Below are positions 9,355 through 17,791 of a DNA stretch of 41,826 bases, one piece after another. The translations under genes and the position numbers were made by a program. The notes below the pieces were generated by a model. The model made no database searches. It saw nothing but the letters and a program-made list of their open reading frames with translations, and had not been told where the DNA came from. The first letter of the stretch is position 1; every line of letters starts with the position of its first letter. Origin of the DNA: Candidatus Acidiferrales bacterium (lineage in GTDB: Bacteria > Acidobacteriota > Terriglobia > Acidiferrales > UBA7541); contig DATNLB010000535.1 of NCBI GenBank assembly GCA_035603095.1, positions 1 to 41,826 of the forward strand, written 5' to 3'.

Positions 9355-9938
9355 AGAACTTTCTGAGGCTTGCCCAAGGCATCAACATGACCCCGCTGAT
9401 GGTGCAGATCCAGCGGCAACCTGAACTGTGGAAGGCCGATACCTACCTTCGCGACTATCCGCAAGGGCCGTTTAATGACGTGGAGACGATCTTCTTGCGC
9501 TTTCCGCCAGCCTCGCTAAGCGAATTAGAGCGCGGTACGAAGGATCAGCACGAATGCGCGTGGATGGATGGGACGCTGCATTTACCGGCTTCCAGGGGGC
9601 TTATCTTCAATCTGATGACCACGGTTGAGGGGGAGCGTCTAGGACGAGTGATGCTGAACAAGATCAGGCCCGGTGGGCGGATATTTCCTCATGCCGACAC
9701 CCCCGTACATGCTGATTACTGGGATCGGTTTCACTACGTGGTTCAAAGCACCCCAGGAGTGGACTTTAGGTGCGGGGATGAGCGCGTACAGATGGCAACG
9801 GGGGAGGTGTGGTGGTTTCAAAACGCTATTGAGCATGAGGTGTTCAATAACAGCGCCGGGGATCGAATCCACCTCATTATCGACATTCGCACTCAACACC
9901 TCTCATTCAAGGGGGAACTGCCGACGCAGCCCGTATGA
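9351..9938 (+). CDS. Aspartyl/asparaginyl beta-hydroxylase-like 2OG-Fe(II) dioxygenase
   Basis: 'IRPGGRIFPHAD' (HxD), 'RFH', 'WWFQNAIEHEVFN' (distal H), 'DRIHLIIDI' (2OG-binding R). Confidence 0.88.
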   Translation: MKNFLRLAQGINMTPLMVQIQRQPELWKADTYLRDYPQGPFNDVETIFLRFPPASLSELERGTKDQHECAWMDGTLHLPASRGLIFNLMTTVEGERLGRVMLNKIRPGGRIFPHADTPVHADYWDRFHYVVQSTPGVDFRCGDERVQMATGEVWWFQNAIEHEVFNNSAGDRIHLIIDIRTQHLSFKGELPTQPV

Positions 9939-10390
9939 TTACCTTCGCCGTAGAACTTCTGTCTGATGAGCTGCCAAATCTCATCCCGTTGTTTCCTGAG
10001 CACTGGAAAGAGTTGGCGCTCAATCAGGACAAAGTACCCTTAGACCCCCAGTACGACGTGTATCTCGACCGGGAAGCATTGGGTCAAGTGATGTTCATTT
10101 GCGCGCGAGAGGCGGGGGAAATCGTCGGCTATTTTGTCGGGTTCGTGGCCCCAGGACTGCATTACAAGACCTGCCTCACCTTGCAAATGGATATTTTCTG
10201 GATACACCCTAAAGCCCGCGGCGGCATGGCAGGGGTAAAACTCTTTCGGTTTGTCGAGCAGGAAGCCCGTAATAGAGGCGTGCAGCGCATGTTTGTAGGG
10301 TCTAAGATGCATAAGGATGCGTCTTGGCTTTTTGAGAGGCTGAAATACACCGAAGTCGAGAAATTCTACTCGAAGTGGTTGGGAGATTAG
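9935..10390 (+). CDS. GNAT-family acetyltransferase
   Basis: 'DIFWIHPKARGGMAGVKLFRFVEQEARNRGV' acetyl-CoA motif A; usual position before ejection proteins. Confidence 0.85.
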   Translation: MITFAVELLSDELPNLIPLFPEHWKELALNQDKVPLDPQYDVYLDREALGQVMFICAREAGEIVGYFVGFVAPGLHYKTCLTLQMDIFWIHPKARGGMAGVKLFRFVEQEARNRGVQRMFVGSKMHKDASWLFERLKYTEVEKFYSKWLGD

Positions 10391-10391
10391 C

Positions 10392-11063
10392 ATGGTAGCG
10401 GCAGCGGTCATTGGAGGGGCAGTCATTGCAGGCGGGGCGAGTATGGCAGCGGGCAGCATGGCCGCGGGTGCAACCAAGGATGCGACCAATGCTTCCATCG
10501 CCGCACAGCAAGCCGCTCAAGCCAAGCAAGAGGCATTAAATGCGCCCTATGCCGCGATTGGGACTGGGGGTGCGATCCAGCAGTACCAGAACCTGTTAGG
10601 CATTGGCCCGCAAGGATCGGCGGGGATTCAATCAACTCTAGCAGCGACTCCCGGCTATCAGTTCGCCAAACAGCAAGGGCTCGATGCAACCAAAAACGCA
10701 GCCAGTGCGTCTGGCATGTCCCTCTCTGGCAATACGCTCGAATCTCTCGATAAGTTTTCGACTGGGCTTGCCGACTCCACCTATCAAAATGCGGTCGGTA
10801 ATGCGCAGAACGCAGTGGGCATCGGTCAAAACGCTGCAGCGGGTACGGGTGCGGGCATCATGCAGACCGGCCAGGGCATATCGAGCACTCTGATGAATCA
10901 GGGTAATACGTTGGCCGGCATCGATGCCAATACCGCGGCAGGCGTTACAAAAGCGATATCGGGCGGCGTCAATCAATACGCGACCTACAACACCCTTCAG
11001 GGGCTCAATAACCCGGCCCCGCCCACTGTTATCGCAGACACGCAAAGTGCGGGAGGTGGATAG
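10392..11063 (+). CDS. DNA ejection/transfer protein (P22 gp7-like)
   Basis: A/G/Q-rich with hydrophobic N-terminus; 'TPGYQF...NAASASGMSLSGNTL'. Confidence 0.82.
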   Translation: MVAAAVIGGAVIAGGASMAAGSMAAGATKDATNASIAAQQAAQAKQEALNAPYAAIGTGGAIQQYQNLLGIGPQGSAGIQSTLAATPGYQFAKQQGLDATKNAASASGMSLSGNTLESLDKFSTGLADSTYQNAVGNAQNAVGIGQNAAAGTGAGIMQTGQGISSTLMNQGNTLAGIDANTAAGVTKAISGGVNQYATYNTLQGLNNPAPPTVIADTQSAGGG

Positions 11064-12490
11064 TGGCTTTTGACCCCTCAGTGATTGCTGACATTGGCGC
11101 TTCCGGCCCCGATATCACGGGCTCCATGGCGAAGGGATTTCAGCTCAAGGATATGGTTGATACCCAGCAACTCAATCAACTGAAACTGAATAAGGAAAAA
11201 GCCACCCTTGCCGATGATGAGCAGTTTAAAACATTGTCAAAGGGCGCGAATCTTACGACGAAAGAGGGGGTAGCGGAATTCGCACAAAAACTCACCAAGT
11301 CAGGTCAGGCGGGCCGCGCCATGGAAGTGATGAAGTACGCGCAGCAACAAGAATCTGGCGAACTCGATAATCAGCGGCAAAAGGTCGAATTGCATTCAGC
11401 AGCTCAGGACATCATCGCGCAGTCGGTCGATAAGATTTGGATGCAAGCGACCGCCATGAAGAACGAAAAGACCCCAGACGGTCGGCCTAAGTACACGGAC
11501 GCGAGTATCAATGCCTGGATTCAGGGTCAAGTGCCGCTTACCTTGAACGCGGTTCAAAGTGACTCAGGCTTGCCGGAACCTGTCAAAAAGACAGCTTTGC
11601 AGGGGATGCAGCAATTCACCGCGCAGAACGGTCAGGTGACCTACGACACGTTGACGCAGATCGAGCGCTCGACCAAACAGGGACAGGCGCAATTAAAGTC
11701 CATGCGTGATGATTTGACCGCTCAAACTGGGGCCAAGAAAGCGGATATAGCCGAGCGCGGAGAGGCGGAACGAGAGCGGCATGATCGGGCGATGGAGGCT
11801 AAGGGCACGGGCGGCGGAACTCCCGACGCTCAGGCCAAGCGCGGGGATTTGCTTGCCTCGATAGCCGCAATCGGGGCGACCCTTCCGGCTGGACTTCGCA
11901 ACAAGGAAACGCAGAATTCGACCCTTGACGGCCTGATCCGAAAATATCCCGACAAGACAACCGATGAGATTGCACAAGGGATCAAAGACGGCACGATCAG
12001 TATGCAGGTGGCAAAGACTGAAAGCGGTGTTTTGGGCCGGCGCGAGGCGGCAATTCTCCCGGTCGAGAAGTCCATCACGAAACCCGGTGGCTTCTTGGAT
12101 CAAGCCGAACAAGCGGTCAACGCAGTCGATTTCTCGAAGCTCAAAGCGGCGGGTGCTTTTTCAGCCTGGAGCAAGGAACAGAACAGCGACCCCGCGTTAA
12201 CGGCCTACAAAGCCGCCGTAGCTGAGTTGAGGGCGGAATACTCCATTGTGCTATCCAAGGGTGGTCAGGTCACGGATGCGGCCCGCCACGAGGCGGAGAA
12301 GGTGATTCCGGACCTCATCACGAAAGATCAGTTCAAGTCGATCAAAAAGACGGTTCGGCAGGGTATCGAGGCGTCTAAGTCGGGTGTTGAGGAAAGCATT
12401 GCAGGGGTTACGGGTAAGGGCGGGGACACCCCTAAAGACGATGCCCCCAAGGTTCTTAAGTTCGATGCCAAAGGCAACCCGGTGACCTGA
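11063..12490 (+). CDS. DNA ejection protein (gp20 position)
   Basis: 475 aa, helical, rich in Q/K/A; GTG start overlapping the upstream stop. Confidence 0.7.
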   Translation: MAFDPSVIADIGASGPDITGSMAKGFQLKDMVDTQQLNQLKLNKEKATLADDEQFKTLSKGANLTTKEGVAEFAQKLTKSGQAGRAMEVMKYAQQQESGELDNQRQKVELHSAAQDIIAQSVDKIWMQATAMKNEKTPDGRPKYTDASINAWIQGQVPLTLNAVQSDSGLPEPVKKTALQGMQQFTAQNGQVTYDTLTQIERSTKQGQAQLKSMRDDLTAQTGAKKADIAERGEAERERHDRAMEAKGTGGGTPDAQAKRGDLLASIAAIGATLPAGLRNKETQNSTLDGLIRKYPDKTTDEIAQGIKDGTISMQVAKTESGVLGRREAAILPVEKSITKPGGFLDQAEQAVNAVDFSKLKAAGAFSAWSKEQNSDPALTAYKAAVAELRAEYSIVLSKGGQVTDAARHEAEKVIPDLITKDQFKSIKKTVRQGIEASKSGVEESIAGVTGKGGDTPKDDAPKVLKFDAKGNPVT

Positions 12491-14433
12491 TGTCGATCAA
12501 AGCCGAGGTGGAAGGGATCGGTACCATGGAGTTTCCAGATGGAACTGATCCCTCCGTCATTCAGCAGGTGGTAAAGACTCATATTGCCGCCAAGGACACG
12601 GGCGAGAAGTCGGACAAAGTTCACCCTGCTTTTGAGATTTTCGGCCCCACGGAAGCCGCAGCCCAGATGGTCACGGGTGCGGCGGGAGCCGTTGTCGGCG
12701 GGTTAGCTGGACTTGCTGGCGGCGATCCCAAAGCCATTCAGGAGTCGATGACCTATCAGCCGCGCACCGACTCAGGAAAGATGATTTCAGGGGCCATTGC
12801 TGCACCATTCAATGCTCTTGCCAAGGGTGCCGATGCGGCGGGTCAAGCCCTGATGGACAAGGGCTACCAAGACCCGGAGATGGCGACTTTTGGGGATACC
12901 ACAAAAGGCACTGTTACTCCTGCGATGGCCGCGGGAGCTAATACGGCCATTCAAGCCGCTCCGATGTTGCTCGGACTGAAAGGGGCTAAGGTAGCATCAG
13001 GGGCCGGTGCAGCAACAGCGGCCAAAGCAGCGGAGGCTTATGCCGGACGTATTGGCCTTGTATGGAATGATTTGGCTGCTAAGACACGTGAGACGCTCAC
13101 GAGCATCGCGAAAGACTCAAAGAACCTGGATAATCTCGATCCCACCGCCGTCAAACGAGTTGCCCGTGCGCAAGCCGTTGGCGCTCCCATCTCCCGAGGG
13201 CAAGCGACCCGAAGCCTAGAGCAACTGACGCATGAAGAGAACATCTCCCGTGCTGCGTCTGGAAAGCCTGTGCGCGAGATCAATACCGCTCAGGATTTGG
13301 CGCTTCACAAAAAGTTAGACACGGTACGACCGCCGAGTAAGGTCGAAACTCGTTCTCAACTGGGCGAAAGCGTTCAAGGGGCGGAACGGGCTAAATTGCG
13401 CACCTTGGAGGCTGATTACCGGGCGAAGTATCGAAAGGCCAAGCAAGGAGGGGAAACTGCCTCTCCCGTGGACGCCACTCCGCTAGATGATTGGCTCAAC
13501 GTGCCGGCGAATAAGCGCAATGCTGGCTTTCTTCGACAGGCATTGGAGGACTATAAAAAGGACGCCTCCGGGTCGATTCGCATCAATGACCTTGAGGAAG
13601 TGCGTAAGGAAGCGAACGTCAAGGTAGGCTCTGCCGATAAGACAGAAGCGCACTACGCCAAACAAGCGGTTAAGGTCATTGATGACATTTTGGATCAAGC
13701 GGGTGGGGATGCCTATAAGACCGCTCGCAAGGCCTTTGCCAAGACGAAGGCAGAGTTTGATCGTCAGGGGCTCATCAAGTCATTGACCAGCGAGAAAGGC
13801 CGCACCACAGATCGCGCAGTAGCGCTAGAGGATACGTTTGACAAGGTAGTGCGGTCGGGTTCTAACGAGCAATTGAAAGGGCTGATTGACTCGCTCACGA
13901 AGGGCGGCACGAAGAAAACCCAGGCGCGAGGTGCGGTTGCGGTCGATGACCTTCGGGCGGCGACCATCGATTACCTCAAAGAGAAAGCAGCAGGCAAGCG
14001 TGCGATTCGGGGTGAGGATGAGCAATTGCAGTTCAACTCGAGCTTTATCGATGCGGTCGATGAACTGGACAAGGATGGCAAGCTAGACACGCTCTTTGGT
14101 CCCGCCGCAAAGGCAACATTGCGGCAATTGAGGGAAGCGACGCGAGACTTACGGACTAAGCCGGCTGATCGCATTGCAGGGCCTAACACGACCCCTCGCA
14201 TGATTGCCATGATCGATAAACTCTCGCATGTGCCAGGGATGCACACGATTGGGACTGTCATCAAGAAGGGAGCCGAGAAGCTCCACGAAGCAGCTGATGC
14301 GAAAGCTGCTACGGTCAACCCGTTAGAGCAAGCGGCTAAAGACGCAAATCAGGCAGTGAAGCGCAAAAACACCTTACAGGATTTGCAGCGAGCTGCGCCG
14401 TCCGCCGCGCCTACCTTGCAGGATCAGCAGTGA
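12490..14433 (+). CDS. DNA ejection protein (gp16 position)
   Basis: 647 aa; N-terminal 'EFPDGTDPSVI' motif, Gly/Ala hydrophobic segments, helical body. Confidence 0.72.
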   Translation: MSIKAEVEGIGTMEFPDGTDPSVIQQVVKTHIAAKDTGEKSDKVHPAFEIFGPTEAAAQMVTGAAGAVVGGLAGLAGGDPKAIQESMTYQPRTDSGKMISGAIAAPFNALAKGADAAGQALMDKGYQDPEMATFGDTTKGTVTPAMAAGANTAIQAAPMLLGLKGAKVASGAGAATAAKAAEAYAGRIGLVWNDLAAKTRETLTSIAKDSKNLDNLDPTAVKRVARAQAVGAPISRGQATRSLEQLTHEENISRAASGKPVREINTAQDLALHKKLDTVRPPSKVETRSQLGESVQGAERAKLRTLEADYRAKYRKAKQGGETASPVDATPLDDWLNVPANKRNAGFLRQALEDYKKDASGSIRINDLEEVRKEANVKVGSADKTEAHYAKQAVKVIDDILDQAGGDAYKTARKAFAKTKAEFDRQGLIKSLTSEKGRTTDRAVALEDTFDKVVRSGSNEQLKGLIDSLTKGGTKKTQARGAVAVDDLRAATIDYLKEKAAGKRAIRGEDEQLQFNSSFIDAVDELDKDGKLDTLFGPAAKATLRQLREATRDLRTKPADRIAGPNTTPRMIAMIDKLSHVPGMHTIGTVIKKGAEKLHEAADAKAATVNPLEQAAKDANQAVKRKNTLQDLQRAAPSAAPTLQDQQ

Positions 14434-14547
14434 TTAAGTGCCGTCCTTCGACACGGTATAGCGAACTCCCTCATACACTTGTGGTTTAGGTTCGTACAGC
14501 CATTTGCCGATGACCATACCGATAAATAAACAAACCACGTAGCACAT
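14434..14547 (-). CDS. Small antisense membrane peptide (37 aa)
   Basis: MCYVVCLFIGMVIGKWLYEPKPQVYEGVRYTVSKDGT*, preceded by AGGAG 7 nt upstream; fills the intergenic gap exactly. Confidence 0.55.
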   Translation of the reverse strand: MCYVVCLFIGMVIGKWLYEPKPQVYEGVRYTVSKDGT

Positions 14548-15868
14548 GAAGGTACTCCTAATTTCCATGGATTCAGTCGGCGAACTTCTACCCCTGGCGA
14601 TCCGCGCTGTCAAAGCGGGTCATCAGGTACGCCTTTATTTAGCCCCTGATAATCACAAAGAAACTGCGACCGGGTTCAAAGGAATTGAAAAAGTCGATAA
14701 CTGGCTGTCATCTGTCAAATGGGCTGATTTGGTCGTTCCATCGGGCAACCACGAATTCATGCCCAAGCTACAGATGCTCAGAAAGGCCGGGGTGAACGTG
14801 TTTGGCCCGTCTGTCGAGTCTGCGAACCTTGAGGTTAAACGCGCCGAGGGGATGAAGTTTTTCGAGGATCACGACATCGAATGTCCCGAGTGGAAGCAAT
14901 TTGCGACCCTCGCCGAAGCCGAGGCGCACGTGCGAAAGACGGGTGAGCGGTACGTCTTCAAAACTTTAGGCAGCGAGGACGACAAAAGCCTGTCGTATGT
15001 CGGTAAGTCTCCCGCTGACATGATCGCGCGCTTGCAGCGGTGGCAACGCTTAAAAGTGGCCGGCAAAGGCCCGTTTATGCTCCAAACGGTGGTGGATGGG
15101 ATTGAGTTTGCTGTCTCGCGTTGGATGGGGTCTGAGGGCTTTATCGGTGAGCCTAACGAGAACTTCGAGTTCAAAAAGTTACTCTCTGGTAACTGTGGCC
15201 CCAATTGCGGAGAATCTGGCACTTTGCTCAAGTACACAGCAGATTCAAAGCTGTTCGACGACGTTCTGGCCCCGTTAGAGGACGATCTCGTCAAGATGGG
15301 CCACTTTGGCGATATCGACGTGAACTGCATCATTGATGAGAAGGGTAAGGCCTGGCCCTTGGAGTTCACGACTCGGCTAGGCTGGCCCGCGGCTAACATC
15401 CTGTGGGCCACTCACAAGGGCGATCCTATCGAGTGGATGCTTGATGCCTGCGAGGGGAAAGATACGCTCTTAACCTCTCCAGCGGTCGCCTGCGGCATTG
15501 TTCTAGCGCAACCTGATTATCCCAATAGCAAGTTCACCAAGGCCGAGGTGGCTGACATTCCCATTTACGGCGTGACGAAGGAGAACAGTAAGTATCTCTC
15601 CCCGCAGTGTGTCAAAATTGACACGATGCCCGACATGGAAGGGGATAACGTGGTAGAGCGGGACATTTGGGTCACTACGGGTGATTACCTGGCGGTCGCT
15701 ACCGGCCTCGGGAAAACCGTCAAAAAGGCCTGCGAACGGGCTTATGGGACGGTCAAAGAGGTCCATGTGCCTAATCTCATGTACCGCGACGATGTAGGGG
15801 AGTCGCTCGAGGAATCGATCCCCAAGCTCCAGGCGCATGGCTTTGCCCTAGATTGGCAGTATGGCTAG
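14546..15868 (+). CDS. PurD (GAR synthetase)-like ATP-grasp ligase, divergent
   Basis: 'VFGPSVESANLE', 'KKLLSGNCGPNCGESG' (compare DHKR...GPNTGGMG), 'LEFTTRLGWP' (compare EFNCRFGDP), 'GKTVKKACERAY...MYRDDVG'; lacks the N-terminal GxGGRE loop. Confidence 0.85.
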   Translation: MKVLLISMDSVGELLPLAIRAVKAGHQVRLYLAPDNHKETATGFKGIEKVDNWLSSVKWADLVVPSGNHEFMPKLQMLRKAGVNVFGPSVESANLEVKRAEGMKFFEDHDIECPEWKQFATLAEAEAHVRKTGERYVFKTLGSEDDKSLSYVGKSPADMIARLQRWQRLKVAGKGPFMLQTVVDGIEFAVSRWMGSEGFIGEPNENFEFKKLLSGNCGPNCGESGTLLKYTADSKLFDDVLAPLEDDLVKMGHFGDIDVNCIIDEKGKAWPLEFTTRLGWPAANILWATHKGDPIEWMLDACEGKDTLLTSPAVACGIVLAQPDYPNSKFTKAEVADIPIYGVTKENSKYLSPQCVKIDTMPDMEGDNVVERDIWVTTGDYLAVATGLGKTVKKACERAYGTVKEVHVPNLMYRDDVGESLEESIPKLQAHGFALDWQYG

Positions 15869-17489
15869 TTTTTACCTCTGTCCTCTCTCGACCATCCTTC
15901 AGGTCTTTCAGGACTCGGGCGCGGTATTAACCAATGCGCTGCTATGGACGTATGCCGCGGGCACTTCGACCCCTGTCGCGACTTACACGGATTCGACCGG
16001 AGCCACGCCGAACGGTAACCCCATTCAGTTCAACAGTGCAGGCCGCCTGCCGAATGTGGCGATCTGGCAAGCTGCGGGCGTTTCGATCAAGGTGCAGATC
16101 AGCACCAATGCGGGGACATCCGGTTCACCGGTCTTTGGCACGCAGATAGGCCCTACGCTCGACCAGCTCTCAGGCATCAACGATGTGTCATTCACGAATA
16201 CCGCTTTAGCAAATCCCGCCACAGGCTTCGGTGCGGATTTGGTTGCCAATGCGGTGCGCTCCTATGACCTTTTCTCAAGCGCACGGTCAGCCAACGTACC
16301 TGTGTTTGCCGCGGGTCAGACGCTCATCGTAGAGTTCGAGGGCGGAACGAGTGTCAGCGATAGCCTGGGGGGTGAATTCTACTGGAACGTTTTAAGCACG
16401 GCGACGGATGATGGGATCAACGTCATCAAGCCGAACGCCATTGGGAGTGGCAACCCCGGTCGGTACTTACGCCGCTATCCCTCTATCGACTGGTACATCG
16501 TCAAAAATACGGTGACTTCGATTGCCGCGAATATCACGGTCGCGAATGATCCTGATTTGACTGTCACACTGCCCGCGGGTGGTACGTATGTCATCAAAGG
16601 CATGCTCAATGACGGCTCCGGCACGTCCGCGGGGGGGCTCAAAGGCCAGATCAACTACTCGGGTACCATTTCCACCGGCTCTTGGGGCATGAACGGGGTT
16701 GGGACTGCGGTCACTCCCGTCTCCCTCACCAACATCAACACCACGGCGACGCTGCAAACAGCTCAGACCGCAGTGGGATTTATGCCGATCGAGGCGACGC
16801 TTCTCTGTACCACGGGAGGCACCTTAAGCTTCCAGTGGGCGCAAAACGCATCCAACGCGACCGCGAGCGTATTAGGTATCGGCTCTTACCTTCGCATCAC
16901 TCGCATCTCATCGGCTACGGGTGGATTTACGCCGGTTACCACGACCTTGAACACTCAAGGGACATTCGCCATCACGATCCCCGTGGGGGCGTCCACCATG
17001 ACGCTCGAAGGGTGGGGCACTACGGGTGCTGGTGGTTCTGGCTCCGGTTCTGGCTGTACTGCGCACGGTGGCGGTGGAGGCGGATCAGGCGGCTATGGTA
17101 AGACTGTACTCAATGTCGCGGCCTTCAATGGACAAACGATCACCGTTGTTATTGGTGCGGCGGGGATTGCGTCGAGTGGCAATGGCGGCGTAACAACTAT
17201 CTCAAGCGGAACCTTTGCCATCCCGACCATGACGTTGAACGGTGGCAATGGTGGTGTGTCGGGAGGCTTAGGCACGGGCGGTGCGGGCGGTACGGCATCG
17301 GGCGGCAACACGACCAACACCACGGGTAATGCTGGCACTACGGGCGGACTAGGTAACTCTGGAGGCGCGGGCGGACTAGGTATCGCGGGCACTAATGGCA
17401 CGGGTAACCCCGGTGGCCTCGGCGGCAATACGGCAGCAAATGCGGGTGCAACTGGACAGGCCGGCAAAGTGATTGCGAAGTTCATATGA
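15861..17489 (+). CDS. Tail fibre/receptor-binding protein 1 with glycine-rich C-terminus
   Basis: N-terminal virion-attachment domain 'WTYAAGTSTPVATYTD...NPI'; polyglycine C-terminal region. Confidence 0.82.
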   Translation: MASFYLCPLSTILQVFQDSGAVLTNALLWTYAAGTSTPVATYTDSTGATPNGNPIQFNSAGRLPNVAIWQAAGVSIKVQISTNAGTSGSPVFGTQIGPTLDQLSGINDVSFTNTALANPATGFGADLVANAVRSYDLFSSARSANVPVFAAGQTLIVEFEGGTSVSDSLGGEFYWNVLSTATDDGINVIKPNAIGSGNPGRYLRRYPSIDWYIVKNTVTSIAANITVANDPDLTVTLPAGGTYVIKGMLNDGSGTSAGGLKGQINYSGTISTGSWGMNGVGTAVTPVSLTNINTTATLQTAQTAVGFMPIEATLLCTTGGTLSFQWAQNASNATASVLGIGSYLRITRISSATGGFTPVTTTLNTQGTFAITIPVGASTMTLEGWGTTGAGGSGSGSGCTAHGGGGGGSGGYGKTVLNVAAFNGQTITVVIGAAGIASSGNGGVTTISSGTFAIPTMTLNGGNGGVSGGLGTGGAGGTASGGNTTNTTGNAGTTGGLGNSGGAGGLGIAGTNGTGNPGGLGGNTAANAGATGQAGKVIAKFI

Positions 17490-17791
17490 CGCACTTTCAA
17501 TTCTACCGATCAGGCGCTTTATTCGGCATTCGCTACCGCTTCGAGGCGGGCGAGTCACTGCCTGCGCATGTTCACGATGCCACGAGCGTGCATAACACAA
17601 TTGTCCTTAAAGGGTCGTGTGACTTTGTGGAAGAGGGGCGCACGGTACGTTTAAGCGCGGGTGAGGTGTTTGATTTTGACGGTACGGTCAGGCATAGAAT
17701 TGTCGCGAATGAACCGTGCGAGATACTGAATCTCTTTTTGAACGGGGAGCCTGAAGGCTATGACACGCTACCCGCTGAAGGTGTGATGTGA
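17486..17791 (+). CDS. Cupin-domain protein
   Basis: 'LPAHVH...HNTIVLKG...AGEVFDF...HRIVA' cupin metal motifs. Confidence 0.82.
   Translation: MTHFQFYRSGALFGIRYRFEAGESLPAHVHDATSVHNTIVLKGSCDFVEEGRTVRLSAGEVFDFDGTVRHRIVANEPCEILNLFLNGEPEGYDTLPAEGVM

Noticed and set aside
17020-17470. Low-complexity GGC/GGT repeats as a CRISPR array, DGR or tandem repeat
   Set aside because: Explained by the polyglycine coding sequence; no spacers, RT or template/variable repeat pair seen anywhere in the window.
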